61,230 bases of DNA, filler included, from 6 parts of 6 records of this genome joined end to end with filler, not necessarily neighbours in it, one strand, 5' to 3'; positions 29,625-41,349 are shown, counted from the whole stretch's first letter. A program made the numbers and translations. The notes: a model not told the origin generated them from the letters alone.

Positions 29625-31073
29625 CTATTGATGTCTCCAGAAAGCTGGCGAAAACAATATTAAAACTGAGAATAACTCTAAACGCCCTAACAGCATCAGT
29701 ACCGATAATATCCACTTACCGGCTGTAGGAACAGCAAAAAAGTTATTCATAGGACCTACCGATCCTAATCCCGGGCCAATACCTCCCATTGAGGTAGCCA
29801 CAGCACCTGAAGCAGATTCAATATTCATACCTACTGCAGTCAGGGCAAAAACACCTACGGCACAAATAATCATATACAAGACCAAAAATGCCAGTACTTT
29901 ATATACAATCTCTGAGGAAACAGACTTACGACCTATCTTAAGCGGCAAAATAGCCATGGGATGGGTCATCTTTTTAAACTCAATCCTGATATTTTTAAAC
30001 AATATCATATGTCGGAATAATTTAATCCCTCCCGAAGTACTACCAACGCAAGCTCCGCTAAACATGAGCATAAAAATGATAAAGGTAAGATAGGGATGCC
30101 AGAGCGTATAATCGGCCGTTACAAAACCGGTACTGGTAATAATACTCGAAACCTGGAATAAAGCATCTCTGAACGAACGCTCAATGGGCTCATTATCCAT
30201 AAATATTAATGCCACAGTTATGGTAAGTGTTGCAATGGCAATAATGCTTAAAAACAACTTTAATTCAGGGTTCGAAATAAACTTTTTCCAATCGCCTTTT
30301 CCCAGAAAAAAGAACAAGGTAAAATTGGTTCCGGCCAATATCATAAACACAATAACTACGTATTGGGTATATGGCGAATATCCGGCAATACTATCATTTT
30401 TGGTAGAAAAACCACCCGATGCAATGGTTCCAAAACTATGACATAAAGCATCGAATAAAGGCATGCCGCCCAACATTAAAAATATGGTTTCTCCGGCTAC
30501 CAGTAACACATAAATTCCCCAAAGACTTTTGGCTGTTTTGGTAACACGTGGATGCAATTTATCATTCACCACGCCCGACGCTTCTGCATTAAACAACTGC
30601 ATACCTCCAAATCCGAAATAAGGAAGAATAGCTACGGCCAATACAATAATTCCCATACCGCCAATCAGATGGGTAATACTGCGCCAAAACAATATTCCAT
30701 GGGGCAATGCCTCAATGTCGTTAATAACAGAGGCTCCCGTGGTTGTAAAACCAGATATGGTTTCGAAAAAGGCATCAGTAAAATTACTGATGGTTCCGCT
30801 AAAAAGATAAGGCAAAGCTCCAAACACCGACATTACCACCCAAACCAACGTAACCACTATAAAACTTTCGCGCTTCAACTGCTCTTTGTCTTCTTTTCGA
30901 TTAAGTAACCAAATACCGCCTCCGGTTAAAAAAGTTATAGCAAATGATATCAAAAAAGCTTGTACATCATACTCCTGGTAAATGATGGCCATCCCCGCAC
31001 ACAACAACATAAACAGACTTTCAAAAACCAAAGCAAGTCCAAATGCACTAAAAATAAACTTCTTATCTAACAT
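29625..31073 (-). CDS. trkH: TrkH-family potassium uptake protein
   Basis: FFETISGFTTTGAS, GGMGIIVL, GSTSGGIK, MLLGRLE. Confidence 0.95.
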   Translation of the reverse strand: MLDKKFIFSAFGLALVFESLFMLLCAGMAIIYQEYDVQAFLISFAITFLTGGGIWLLNRKEDKEQLKRESFIVVTLVWVVMSVFGALPYLFSGTISNFTDAFFETISGFTTTGASVINDIEALPHGILFWRSITHLIGGMGIIVLAVAILPYFGFGGMQLFNAEASGVVNDKLHPRVTKTAKSLWGIYVLLVAGETIFLMLGGMPLFDALCHSFGTIASGGFSTKNDSIAGYSPYTQYVVIVFMILAGTNFTLFFFLGKGDWKKFISNPELKLFLSIIAIATLTITVALIFMDNEPIERSFRDALFQVSSIITSTGFVTADYTLWHPYLTFIIFMLMFSGACVGSTSGGIKLFRHMILFKNIRIEFKKMTHPMAILPLKIGRKSVSSEIVYKVLAFLVLYMIICAVGVFALTAVGMNIESASGAVATSMGGIGPGLGSVGPMNNFFAVPTAGKWILSVLMLLGRLELFSVLILFSPAFWRHQ

Positions 31074-31093
31074 GACTATTTAATGAAATACAA

Positions 31094-32470
31094 CTACAAA
31101 AACATGGTTTGCAAAAAGAAGGTTAGTGCACCTGCCAGATAACCTACCAAAGCAATCACACTAACTTTTCGTAAATACCACATAAAATCAATTTTTTCTA
31201 ATCCCATAGCAGCTACTCCTGCAGCAGAACCAATAATTAAAATACTTCCTCCTGTTCCAGAGCAATAAGCCAGGAACGACCAGAAATTACCATCCTGTAT
31301 AAAATTGGCCATATAGCCAACAGAACTTGCTCCTGCAATTTTATACATACCCATTGAAGCGGCTACTAAAGGTACATTATCTACAATTGAAGAAATTGCT
31401 CCTATTAAAACATTTATAACATATATATTTTTTACGCTATCATCGAGATAATGAGCCATTACATCCAAATGACCAGCCGATTGCAAAGCCGAAACAGCTG
31501 TAAGTATTCCTAAAAAGAAAAGTATCGTTGGAAAATCAATCGTTTTAAGAACGGTGGTTACATTAAGTTTACGTTGATCATCCTCTGATTTTCCCTTTAA
31601 ATAACGATCCGTCATAATCCAAAGAACAGATAAACCTAAAATCATCCCTAAGTAAGGAGGTAAATGGGTTATGGTTTTAAATACCGGAACTGAAATTAAT
31701 GCCAAGGTTCCGGTTACCAACATAAACACGCGTTCCTTTTGAGTGGTAAATTCGCGCGTTTCATTTTCAGTTAACTCCGGACGCAAAGTTTGCCCTTTTA
31801 CTAAAAACGAAAACAAATAGGTTGCAACTAAAACGTTCACCAAACTAGGTAAAAGAACAGATGAGATAATGCTTCCTGCTGTCACCTGACCTCCAATCCA
31901 AAGCATAATGGTTGTTACATCACCAATAGGTGACCAAGCTCCCCCGGCATTGGCAGAAACCACAACCAAACTGGCAAAAACCCATCTATTTTCTTTATTG
32001 GTCAGCAACTTACGAAGTACAGTAATCAACACAATTGTAGTGGTTAAATTATCCAACACTGCCGACATAAAGAAGGTAAGTAAACTAATAATCCATAAAA
32101 GTTTTACAGCACTGGAGCTATTAATCTTACTAGTAATGATTCGGAATCCCTGATAGCGGTCAACTAATTCAACAATAGCCATGGCTCCCATCAAGAAAAA
32201 CAGGATTGAAGCTATCTCTGATAAGTGATGATATAACTCGTGATGCGTAATAAAGTTTTTTACGCTGGCCACATGCGTTGCAGCATGTTTAAACTCCTGC
32301 CAGGCCGAACTGTAGCCTAAATCTAAAATATGATGACCGCCAATAGCGTATATAGCCCACATTAAAGAGCCAAGCAACAAAGCAATTGCTGCTTTATTAA
32401 TTTGGTTGATATGTTCAAACACGATGAATCCGTACCCTAACACAAAAACCAATAACATTAAAAGAAACAT
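31094..32470 (-). CDS. nhaD: Na+/H+ antiporter NhaD
   Basis: SAVLDNLTTTIV, ANAGGAWSPIGDVTT, VDNVPLVA, GTGGSILIIGSAAGV; start moved to MFLLM. Confidence 0.92.
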   Translation of the reverse strand: MFLLMLLVFVLGYGFIVFEHINQINKAAIALLLGSLMWAIYAIGGHHILDLGYSSAWQEFKHAATHVASVKNFITHHELYHHLSEIASILFFLMGAMAIVELVDRYQGFRIITSKINSSSAVKLLWIISLLTFFMSAVLDNLTTTIVLITVLRKLLTNKENRWVFASLVVVSANAGGAWSPIGDVTTIMLWIGGQVTAGSIISSVLLPSLVNVLVATYLFSFLVKGQTLRPELTENETREFTTQKERVFMLVTGTLALISVPVFKTITHLPPYLGMILGLSVLWIMTDRYLKGKSEDDQRKLNVTTVLKTIDFPTILFFLGILTAVSALQSAGHLDVMAHYLDDSVKNIYVINVLIGAISSIVDNVPLVAASMGMYKIAGASSVGYMANFIQDGNFWSFLAYCSGTGGSILIIGSAAGVAAMGLEKIDFMWYLRKVSVIALVGYLAGALTFFLQTMFL

Positions 32471-32547
32471 TATAAATGGTTTACATAAATGAACCATCAG
32501 GAAAATACCCTAATGGATTAAACTAGAATTGAAAAACTTAGGTTAGA

Positions 32548-32871
32548 TTATGCAAACTCTAAAGGCGGTGATGTATCAGCTTCGAATAGAATAAATGTAC
32601 TTGAAGTTATTTGAGCACTTCTGATAACAACTGATTGAAGTGGGTATAATGTCTTTTCCCCTAATACTGCATTTGATACTTGTATAAACCTCTTATCATC
32701 CTGATTATCATCCTCGCCCCACTCCATCATCCAGGAAAATGCAATAGTCCTATCGTGATAAGAAGAAACTATATGTTTTTTCTCCCAATCACCATCTTCC
32801 TGCACTGTGGAAATATTTAAACCACAAGCGCTAAAGAGCAACAAAGCAATATATAACAGAAGTCCATTCAT
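32548..32871 (-). CDS. Small exported/lipoprotein-like hypothetical protein ending ...ADTSPPLEFA
   Basis: Hydrophobic N-terminus with FSAC; TACATTTG -7-like element just upstream; leads the nhaD-trkH genes. Confidence 0.55.
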   Translation of the reverse strand: MNGLLLYIALLLFSACGLNISTVQEDGDWEKKHIVSSYHDRTIAFSWMMEWGEDDNQDDKRFIQVSNAVLGEKTLYPLQSVVIRSAQITSSTFILFEADTSPPLEFA

Positions 32872-33104
32872 ACTGAAAAGCGCACAAATGTAGTATTAAT
32901 CAAGCTAAATAATGAAAAGTTAAACTTAAAAAAGATTAAAGAGCTCTGACCTAGCAAAAATTACATAACTGGTTTTTACGATGCTTTTATCCTGCTACCG
33001 AAAGCATAGTGTTGTACATGGCATTCTAATCAAAACCCCAAAACAAACTAGCTTTGGGGCTCAAAAAATATTGATTATAAATAACGACTTAAATAGGAAT
33101 GGTA

Positions 33105-33542
33105 TTATTTTTCAGACTCAACACTAACCATCCAGTTAATTCCGAAATGATCTGTACACATTCCAAAATAAGAACCCCAAAATGTGTTATCCATTGGCAT
33201 AGTTACCACTCCTCCTTGAGATAGCTTATTAAAAAAGCCATCTGCTTTTTCTTTGGAATCTGTATTGATGGAGATAGAGAAATTATTTCCCGGCTTAATA
33301 TGAGGAGCCCATTCTCCTCCGGCATCACTTCCCATTAAAACAGTTTCTTTGCTTATAGGTAGCGAAACATGCATGAGTTTATTACCCTCTTCTTCTGATA
33401 GATCCTGATAACTTTCATCTTCTTTAGGTATTTCATTAAAGCGGCTCAGATCTTTTAATTCTGCACCAAATACCTCTTTGTAAAAATTAAAAGCGTCTTC
33501 ACAATTCCCATTAAAAGTGAGATAAATATTTACGGTAGTCAT
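33105..33542 (-). CDS. VOC/PhnB-family protein
   Basis: YLTFNGNCEDAFNFY, LMGSD, TFWGSYFGMCTDHFGINWMV. Confidence 0.92.
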   Translation of the reverse strand: MTTVNIYLTFNGNCEDAFNFYKEVFGAELKDLSRFNEIPKEDESYQDLSEEEGNKLMHVSLPISKETVLMGSDAGGEWAPHIKPGNNFSISINTDSKEKADGFFNKLSQGGVVTMPMDNTFWGSYFGMCTDHFGINWMVSVESEK

Positions 33543-33604
33543 AGTAAAGTAATTTAAAATTCAACTACCTCAAATTACGACTTTAAATCAAACTCCTCCC
33601 TCTT

Positions 33605-34414
33605 TTATTCGCTTTTAACTCCTTGTATATCTGTCGGACATTTGTTTGTCCACAAGACCTTTCTGTTAATAACAAATCCTCGTTTTTTAGATATCCAGAA
33701 TATGGTTACAACTATAGATGCAGTAATCGTTATCAATCGAAATAAGTTGGCATAACCCGAGCCTGCGGCTCCTCCATCCACATTGTACATGAGCCACGAA
33801 AGGTTCATTAAAATATGCATTAGGGTATTGATCCATGCATTAAAACGCCATTCTGCATAAAGCCATGCAAACCATACTGCACCTATTCCTGTTACCAGAA
33901 ATGCCATGAAAGAACTCATTATATCATTTCCCTGGTAAACATGTCCCAAGCCGAAAAACAATGCTCCGATTAAAGAAGCCGGAATAAAACCCCATCCGGC
34001 ATATCTAAACAATAAGCCAAACAAAAAACTACGAAAAATTAGCTCTTCAATAATTCCGGGTTGAATACTGCCATTTAAAATCTCGCTAAAACTCAGGCTT
34101 TCATTAAAAGCATAAATCATGCTCATTCCAACCGTCATGGGCAAGGTAAATAAAACGGCTGCCCATATTGCTTTCTTTTCCCAAACAATACCCAGTTCGC
34201 GACAGGCATTTTTCTTTAATAAAGCAAAAGCAACACCCAAAGGAATAATCAATTTAAGTATGATTAAACAAATGCTATGAAACAAGTAATGATCCGGTAG
34301 TAAAGCACTCCAATCAGGATTAAAATATTTAAGTATAGAAAACAGCCGATTGGTAACGAAGAAGGAGATTAGAATAATCAAACTTCTTACTATTTTATTT
34401 TTAAGCATAGGCAA
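33605..34414 (-). CDS. CPBP (Abi/CAAX) intramembrane protease
   Basis: EELIFR, FGLGHVY, HILMN motifs; polytopic. Confidence 0.9.
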   Translation of the reverse strand: MPMLKNKIVRSLIILISFFVTNRLFSILKYFNPDWSALLPDHYLFHSICLIILKLIIPLGVAFALLKKNACRELGIVWEKKAIWAAVLFTLPMTVGMSMIYAFNESLSFSEILNGSIQPGIIEELIFRSFLFGLLFRYAGWGFIPASLIGALFFGLGHVYQGNDIMSSFMAFLVTGIGAVWFAWLYAEWRFNAWINTLMHILMNLSWLMYNVDGGAAGSGYANLFRLITITASIVVTIFWISKKRGFVINRKVLWTNKCPTDIQGVKSE

Positions 34415-34499
34415 AGTTTTAACCGTTACTACAAATAAAAAAAACTGCCCGAAATAATTCGAACAGTTTCTGTTAAAGTTTGATAAAAGTTTAACTTGT

Positions 34500-35550
34500 T
34501 TATAAACTTGTTAATCGAATATGATCCAATAAAGCTTCATTAATCTGACCATCCATATTTGTATTCCAATCTTCCAGAACAATTCTGATTATGTTTTTGC
34601 CTTTATACAATTTCACTTTTATGCTATTGGAATATCCCCAATCCGACCATTCATCTGTTCCTCTTTGCGGAAAAACTAAAACACCATTGTATTCATTATT
34701 CACATATAAGCTGCGTATACCACAGTTGTTATCTGTATTCCAAGGACCAGTTCCATTTGCATAGCGCAGGTCTAACAAATACTCACCATCTTTATGCACC
34801 GTCAAATCAAAATTTAAGTTGGTATTTTCGTGCATACTGGTTTTAATAAATCCTTTCCCAGAAAAATTACTGTAAGGTAAATTTGATGCCTTATACTGTT
34901 CCTCAACCTGCCAAACCCATTGCTCCATTTTAATCTGAACAGGTTCACTGCTGAATGATTCATCTCCGAATGAATTAACAGCCGTAACTGCATATTCGGC
35001 AAATCCATCTTTTTTAAGCTTTATCTCTGTAAAATTTCCTTCTTTCCATAATACGCTATTTTTATATACTCTGTATATTTCTGCACCTTGTATTGGTTTC
35101 CACTTTAAAAGTTCGCCCTCCAAATACGTTTGCGGATTGATTGTTGAAAAACGGTTCTCCATTAAGTTCTTACCATCTGAGTTAAACGAATTATTCGACA
35201 TTTTTATTAAAACGTGATGATGTCCTTTTAAAGAAGATGGCACAAAAGCATCATCCTGCACAATATTATCCACAATAAATGCAGCTATTTCATTCCCAAA
35301 CCCTTCCACTGTAATATCCAAGTCAGCATCCCTATATTTGAAATTATTTAAGGTTCTCATTCCTCCATACACTTCGGGAATAACTGGATTAAACCTAATA
35401 CCATCCACTTGAAAATTCATTCCTATAAATACACGATGAACCATTGCCAGATTTCCGGCCATACTCCATAGCATCCGATGCGAATTGATTTCAGTTCCCA
35501 TATAATCTCCATTTTGTGCTACAAAATTTTCGTAGTTGGTCAGAAATAAT
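34500..35550 (-). CDS. Glycoside hydrolase (debranching/six-hairpin type) C-terminus with CBM35-like module (5'-truncated)
   Basis: INSHRMLWSMAG; FSGKGF...LRYANG...WSDWGYSN CBM6/35-like tail; open to contig edge. Confidence 0.65.
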
Positions 35551-35650
35551 NNNNNNNNNNNNNNNNNNNNNNNNNNNNNNNNNNNNNNNNNNNNTTAATT
35601 AATTAANNNNNNNNNNNNNNNNNNNNNNNNNNNNNNNNNNNNNNNNNNNN
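35551..35650. other. Artificial contig linker
   Basis: N-run + TTAATTAATTAA + N-run. Confidence 0.99.
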
Positions 35651-36319
35651 AACGATGCGAACCGGATCGCGGCTCTTGCGTTTGCCTGGAATGCGCGTGT
35701 TAAGGGTCGGGTCGTCGGCTTGCACGGTTCCCCTGCCAACCAGGATGGCGTCAACGCCGTTCCTGATTTTGTGAACGTAGTTCCTGGCTTTTTCACCAGT
35801 CACCCAGCGTGAATGCCCGGACGTGGAAGCCAACTTGCCGTCCAGGGTGGCCGCGCTTTTCAGGATGACATAGGGCCTGCCGGTGGTGATGAATTTTGTA
35901 AAAAAGACATTCAAATCGGCGGACTGGTTTTCCAAAAGTCCGGTTTGCACATCAAGGCCTTGAGAAGCCAGGAAATCGGCGCCCCCGCCCCTGACTCCGG
36001 GGTTGGGATCTGTCTGGGCAATGACCACCCTCCTGATGCCGGCGTCGAGTATGGCCTTGGTGCAAGGCGGGGTTCGACCATAATGGTTGCAGGGTTCCAG
36101 GGTGACATATATAGTCGCGCCTTTGGCGGCGCCCTTGGCGTTTTCAATGGCGACGACCTCGGCATGGGGGCCTCCGGCAAATGCGTGGAAACCCTTGCTT
36201 ATTATCCGGTCGCCCTTGGCAACAACCGCGCCGACCATGGGATTGGGCGAAGTCATGCCCCAACCTTTTCGGGCTTCCCGCAAGGCCAGGGACATCATTT
36301 TTTTATCAATAGAAGTCAA
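35651..36319 (-). CDS. ribD: Riboflavin biosynthesis deaminase/reductase (3'-truncated)
   Basis: PNPMVGAV, HAE, TLEPCNHYGRTPPC, ATLDGK, SRWVTG. Confidence 0.96.
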
Positions 36320-36834
36320 GTTTTGTTGTTATTGCCTATTTTTCCCAATTCCTCAAGAACGCGCCTGGCTGCGGGATCGTCCTTTGAGGCCAGCAATTCC
36401 TTGAGTTCGCGCACAAAGTCGTCCAGATCCTTGAACTGTCTGTACACGCTGGCAAATCTTACGTAAGCCACTTCATCGATTTTCTGCAGGGCGGCTATAA
36501 CCCTTTCACCGATTTCAGTGGAAGGAATTTCTTTTTGGTTGGTTTCCTGGAAGTGACGTTCAAGAGAGTCGAGCAAGTCGTCGATATCATCCACCGAAAC
36601 CGGCCGTTTCTGCGTGGCTTTTATCATGCCGTCCCTGATTTTTTCGCGGTCAAATGTTTCCCGGCGTCCATCTTTTTTGACAACCAGGGGCTGAATCTCT
36701 TCCACACGCTCGTAAGTAGTGAATCTTCTACCGCAATCAAGGCATTCCCTTCGCCGCCTGATGCTCAGGCCGTCCTTACCCAGGCGTGAATCAATAACCT
36801 TGTTTTCCAAATCAGCGCAGAATGGACATTTCAT
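36316..36834 (-). CDS. nrdR: Transcriptional repressor NrdR
   Basis: MKCPFC...IRRRRECLDCGRRFTTYE; ATP cone; AYVRFASVY. Confidence 0.97.
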   Translation of the reverse strand: MKCPFCADLENKVIDSRLGKDGLSIRRRRECLDCGRRFTTYERVEEIQPLVVKKDGRRETFDREKIRDGMIKATQKRPVSVDDIDDLLDSLERHFQETNQKEIPSTEIGERVIAALQKIDEVAYVRFASVYRQFKDLDDFVRELKELLASKDDPAARRVLEELGKIGNNNKT

Positions 36835-36836
36835 AG

Positions 36837-37286
36837 TTACTCCACTTTGATAACTTCCACTCCAGCCTGTTTCAGCATTTCCATTGAAAGATCATCCGGA
36901 TATCCGTCGCTGTACAATATACGCTTCACTCCGGAATTAATAAGCATTTTAGTGCAGATAACGCAAGGCTGTGTGGTGCAGTAAAGGGTCGAACCAACAA
37001 TATTTACGCCATGTCTTGCCGCCTGGATGATAGCGTTCTGCTCGGCGTGAATGGCGCGGCACATTTCATGTCGCTGCCCGGAAGGGATTCCCTCCTGTTC
37101 ACGCAGACAGCCGATATCGAGGCAGTGGGGCAACCCCTGAGGCGCCCCATTATAACCTGTTGAAAGAATATGTTTTTCCCGAACAAGAATTGCCCCGATT
37201 TTGCGACGCAGGCAGGTTGAACGGGTGGCGACCAATTCCGTCAGTTTTAGAAAATAGTCGTCCCAACTTGGTCTTGCAGCACTCAC
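36837..37286 (-). CDS. dCMP deaminase (ComEB-like)
   Basis: [31 protein letters not shown]. Confidence 0.92.
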   Translation of the reverse strand: MSAARPSWDDYFLKLTELVATRSTCLRRKIGAILVREKHILSTGYNGAPQGLPHCLDIGCLREQEGIPSGQRHEMCRAIHAEQNAIIQAARHGVNIVGSTLYCTTQPCVICTKMLINSGVKRILYSDGYPDDLSMEMLKQAGVEVIKVE

Positions 37287-38542
37287 ATTTCACCGAATTC
37301 CGGGTAGAGCGGGAACCGTTTGCACAGCTCTTTCACGCCTTCCCTTACTTTATTAATCAGATTGTCATTCTCGGGCTGCTTCAAGACGTCGCCGATCATT
37401 CCGGCGATCACATCCATTTCCGCCTCTTTCATGCCCCTGGTGGTCAAGGCGGGCGTACCCAATCGCAGGCCGCTGGTTACCTTTGGGGGCTGTTTGTCAA
37501 AAGGAACGGCGTTTTTATTGGTGGTGATGCCGGCCCGGTCAAGGGTCTGTTCGGCTTGAAGTCCGGTTATTCCCTTGTCGCTCAAATCAACGAGAAGCAG
37601 GTGGTTGTCGGTCCCGTTGCTGACAAGTTTAAAACCGTCGGCCATCAGGTTTTCCGCCAGGCGGGCCGCGTTTTTGACAATCTGTTCCTGGTAGATTTTG
37701 AAATCCGGCGACAGGGCTTCCTTGAAGGCCACGGCCTTGGCGGCAATGACATGCATGAGCGGCCCGCCCTGTATGCCCGGAAAAATGCTGCTGTTAAGCT
37801 TTCTTCTTTGTTCTTCGCCGGTGAGTATCATTCCGCCTCGGGGACCCCTGAGGGTCTTGTGAGTGGTCGCGGTTATGAAATCGGCTTCCGGAACCGGGGA
37901 CGGATGTATACCGGCGGCCACCAGGCCGGCGATATGGGCCATATCCACCATGAACAGGGCGCCGACTTTTTTGGCAATTGAAGAAAAGGCTTTAAAATCG
38001 ATAGTACGCGAGTACGCGGACGCGCCGGCCAGAATAAGCCTGGGCTTGTGTTCCTCGGCCAAACGTGCGACTTCATCCATATCGATCATGCCGGAGTCCC
38101 GGTTGAGTCCATAAGAAACAATGTTGAACAGACGACCGGAAAAACTGACCGGACTGCCATGGGTTAAATGGCCGCCATGGGCCAGGTTCATGCCCAGAAT
38201 GGTATCGCCCGGTTTAAGGATCGAAAAGTATACGGCCATATTGGCCTGGGACCCCGAGTGCGGCTGGACATTGGCATGTTCGGCCTGAAAGAGCCGGCAA
38301 GCGCGCTTAACGGCTAGTCTTTCGACTTCGTCCACGAATTCGCAGCCGCCGTAGTAACGGTTTCCCGGATATCCTTCGGCGTATTTATTGGTCATGACGC
38401 CGGCTTCAGCGGCCATTACCGCTGATGATGTAAAGTTTTCCGATGCGATAAGGACAAGCTTGGTTCTTTGACGTTCCAGTTCCCTGGCGATTGAGTCGTA
38501 TATTTCCGGATCTACACTAGCAAGCAGACTATGAAAGTTCAT
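37283..38542 (-). CDS. glyA: Serine hydroxymethyltransferase
   Basis: [28 protein letters not shown]; start moved to MNFHS. Confidence 0.97.
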   Translation of the reverse strand: MNFHSLLASVDPEIYDSIARELERQRTKLVLIASENFTSSAVMAAEAGVMTNKYAEGYPGNRYYGGCEFVDEVERLAVKRACRLFQAEHANVQPHSGSQANMAVYFSILKPGDTILGMNLAHGGHLTHGSPVSFSGRLFNIVSYGLNRDSGMIDMDEVARLAEEHKPRLILAGASAYSRTIDFKAFSSIAKKVGALFMVDMAHIAGLVAAGIHPSPVPEADFITATTHKTLRGPRGGMILTGEEQRRKLNSSIFPGIQGGPLMHVIAAKAVAFKEALSPDFKIYQEQIVKNAARLAENLMADGFKLVSNGTDNHLLLVDLSDKGITGLQAEQTLDRAGITTNKNAVPFDKQPPKVTSGLRLGTPALTTRGMKEAEMDVIAGMIGDVLKQPENDNLINKVREGVKELCKRFPLYPEFGEM

Positions 38543-38546
38543 TTTG

Positions 38547-38981
38547 TTAACATACCCGATCAAATAGATTTATTCTTCGTTCGTGTCTTCCGCCTTCAAA
38601 TTCGGCCTCCAGCCAGGCATCTACTATTGATAAGGCAAGCTGATCGCCCGTGGTTCTTTCCCCAAGGCACAGAATGTTGGCGTTGTTATGGGCTCGAGCC
38701 ATTCTGGCCATGTATTCGTTCAGGCAAAGCGCGGCTCTTATGCCTCCAATCCTGTTGGCGGCCATGGACATACCCAATCCGGTTCCGCAGACCAGTATAC
38801 CCCGGTCGTATTCTCCGGCGGCAACGGATCTGGCCACGAGAAGGGCGTAGTGTGAATAATCGCAACTATCCCCGGTGTCGGTTCCGGCGTTCATGACCTG
38901 ATGCCCTTTTGCGGCCATATGTTCGTTTATAATCCTTTTCAGGTTATATCCGCCGTGATCGCTGCCGGTTATTATCTTCAT
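38547..38981 (-). CDS. rpiB: Ribose-5-phosphate isomerase B
   Basis: [30 protein letters not shown]. Confidence 0.96.
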   Translation of the reverse strand: MKIITGSDHGGYNLKRIINEHMAAKGHQVMNAGTDTGDSCDYSHYALLVARSVAAGEYDRGILVCGTGLGMSMAANRIGGIRAALCLNEYMARMARAHNNANILCLGERTTGDQLALSIVDAWLEAEFEGGRHERRINLFDRVC

Positions 38982-39016
38982 TTTTCTTTTCTCCCTGGAT
39001 GCCGATACGGAATATC

Positions 39017-39040
39017 AAAGGAGCGGCGAGCCGCTCCTTT
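39017..39040 (-). terminator. Hairpin terminator after fabF
   Basis: AAAGGAGCGGC-ga-GCCGCTCCTTT inverted repeat. Confidence 0.75.
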
Positions 39041-39056
39041 GCAAGGGACGCGGTCG

Positions 39057-40310
39057 TCAATCCCTACTGGATTTGAAAATCAAAGTCCCGTTGGTTCCTC
39101 CGAAACCGAACGAATTGCTCATGGCCGTGTGCACGGCCTGTTCCCTGGCCTTGTTGGGAACATAGTCAAGGTCGCAATTCGGATCCGGGTTTTCATAATT
39201 TATCGTCGGAGGAATGACGCCGTTTTTAAGTGTTAATACCGAATAAACGCCTTCGATGCCGCCGGCGGCGCCGAGCAGATGACCGGTCATTGACTTGGTC
39301 GAACTGACGGGTATGCTTGCCGCCCTTGGTCCGAACACGGTTTTTATGGCCTGGGTTTCATACATGTCGTTCAGGTCGGTGGATGTACCGTGCGCGTTTA
39401 TATAATCTATATCGTCTGCGGCCATGCCCGCATCTTCCAAAGCGGAATGCATGCACTGCACGGCCCCGGCGCCGCCTTCAGCCGGCGCGGTCATGTGAAA
39501 TGCGTCGCCGGACATACCAAAGCCGACAACTTCGGCATGAATCGGCGCTCCCCGTTCAAGGGCGTGTTCCATGTCCTCAAGGACAAGAATCCCGGCGCCC
39601 TCGCCAATTACAAAACCGTCGCGGTCGAGCTCAAAAGGACGGCTGGCTTTTTCGGGCTGGTCGTTTCTGGTGGAAATGGCCTTCATGGCATTAAAACCGG
39701 CCACAGTCAGTTCGGTCACAACCGATTCGACGCCGCCGCAAACCACGGCCTTACACTTTCCCTGGCGGATAAGATCAAAGCTTTCGCCGATGGCGTGAGT
39801 GCCTGCTGCGCAAGCAGTGGCAATGGAAAGGTTAGGGCCTTTCAGACCGAATTCTATGGATATTTGCCCCGGGGCCATGTTCCCGATAAGCATGGGAATA
39901 AAGAAAGGGCTGATCCTGTCGGCGCCTTTTTCCAGAAGCGTGATCTGCATTTTTTCCAGGGTGGCCATGCCTCCCAAGCCGCAGCCGAGGATACAGCCTA
40001 CTTTTTCGCTGATATTATCGTCGATCTGAAGCTTGCTTTCTTCAATGGCCATTCTGGCGGCGGCCATGGCGAACTGGATAAAGATGTCCAGTCTTCTGGC
40101 CGTTTTTTTATCGATAAAGTCGTGGGGATTAAAATCCTCCACTTCTCCAGCGATCTGGGTTTTAAGATTCGATGCGTCGAACCTCGTGATAGGACCAATT
40201 CCTGAGCGTCCATTAACCAGAGCATCCCAGTTGGCTTCCACGCCCACGCCAAGGGGCGAAACAACGCCCAATCCCGTGACGGCCACCCGCCTTTTAATCG
40301 TGCTTTCCAA
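39057..40310 (-). CDS. fabF: Beta-ketoacyl-ACP synthase II
   Basis: RVAVTGLG, TACAAG, NAHGTST, KSMTGHLLGAAG, NSFGFGG. Confidence 0.97.
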   Translation of the reverse strand: MESTIKRRVAVTGLGVVSPLGVGVEANWDALVNGRSGIGPITRFDASNLKTQIAGEVEDFNPHDFIDKKTARRLDIFIQFAMAAARMAIEESKLQIDDNISEKVGCILGCGLGGMATLEKMQITLLEKGADRISPFFIPMLIGNMAPGQISIEFGLKGPNLSIATACAAGTHAIGESFDLIRQGKCKAVVCGGVESVVTELTVAGFNAMKAISTRNDQPEKASRPFELDRDGFVIGEGAGILVLEDMEHALERGAPIHAEVVGFGMSGDAFHMTAPAEGGAGAVQCMHSALEDAGMAADDIDYINAHGTSTDLNDMYETQAIKTVFGPRAASIPVSSTKSMTGHLLGAAGGIEGVYSVLTLKNGVIPPTINYENPDPNCDLDYVPNKAREQAVHTAMSNSFGFGGTNGTLIFKSSRD

Positions 40311-40325
40311 AAGGGAAACCCCTAT

Positions 40326-40556
40326 CTATTTTGCGTTTTTGATAAAATCTATGACATCCTGGACGGTTTTTATCTTTTCCGCTTCTTCGTCTTCAATTTT
40401 AATGTCGAATTCCTCTTCCATGGCCATAATCAATTCCACCAGGTCCAGTGAATCGGCGCCCAGATCGTCGACAAAAGACGCTTCATTGGTCACGTCTTCA
40501 GGTTCCACACCCAACTGCTCAACGATTATTTCCTTAATTTTATTTTCATCTGACAT
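40326..40556 (-). CDS. acpP: Acyl carrier protein
   Basis: [20 protein letters not shown]. Confidence 0.97.
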   Translation of the reverse strand: MSDENKIKEIIVEQLGVEPEDVTNEASFVDDLGADSLDLVELIMAMEEEFDIKIEDEEAEKIKTVQDVIDFIKNAK

Positions 40557-40602
40557 TTAATTTCCTCCTGAATAATAGGCGTTCAAATAAGAACCGTTTT
40601 CG

Positions 40603-41349
40603 CTACATAAACATTCCGCCCCCGATATGGAGCGTTTGGCCGGTGATGTATGAAGCTGCATCCGAAGTCAGAAAACTTATCGCTTCGGCTACATCCTCGG
40701 GTTTTCCCGCCCGGCCCAGCGGGATGCTTTCCATAAAAGCCTGTTTGACTTTTTCCGATAATACCGCGGTCATGTCCGTTTCAATAAATCCGGGCGCCAC
40801 GGCGTTTACGGTGATATTTCTTTTGGCCAACTCCCGGGCCAGCGTTTTGGTCAAGCCTATAACCCCGGCTTTCGAAGCCGAATAGTTGGCCTGGCTGATA
40901 TTGCCTATAACGCCGGTGACGGAAGCGATATTTACCATGCTGCCGGATCGTTGTTTGATCATGATTTTCGCCGCGGCCTGCGCGCAATTGAATACACCCT
41001 TGAGGTTGACGTCCAGGACGAGGTCCCAGTCTTCCTCTTTCATGCGCAGCAGCAGGGCGTCGCGGGTCAATCCGGCATTGTTAACCAGAACGTCGAGGCG
41101 TCCGTATTTTTCCTTAACGGCATCGAAATGCTCGTCAACCGCGGCTTTATCGGCTACGGAATAGTAGTGAGCTTCCGCTTCGGCGCCGCGCTCGGCCAGC
41201 CCGGCCAGGGTTTCTTCCGCGGCGTCGGGCTGTGGATCGAAATGGTTGATAATAACGGCAACTCCGGGCGCTGCCATTTTATAGGCTATCGCCCTGCCAA
41301 TCCCTCTCGAACCTCCGGTTATGTAAACCACTCGCCTAATTTCAGACAA
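40603..41349 (-). CDS. fabG: 3-oxoacyl-ACP reductase
   Basis: TGGSRGIG, NNAGLTRD, YSASK, PGFIETDMT. Confidence 0.96.
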   Translation of the reverse strand: MSEIRRVVYITGGSRGIGRAIAYKMAAPGVAVIINHFDPQPDAAEETLAGLAERGAEAEAHYYSVADKAAVDEHFDAVKEKYGRLDVLVNNAGLTRDALLLRMKEEDWDLVLDVNLKGVFNCAQAAAKIMIKQRSGSMVNIASVTGVIGNISQANYSASKAGVIGLTKTLARELAKRNITVNAVAPGFIETDMTAVLSEKVKQAFMESIPLGRAGKPEDVAEAISFLTSDAASYITGQTLHIGGGMFM

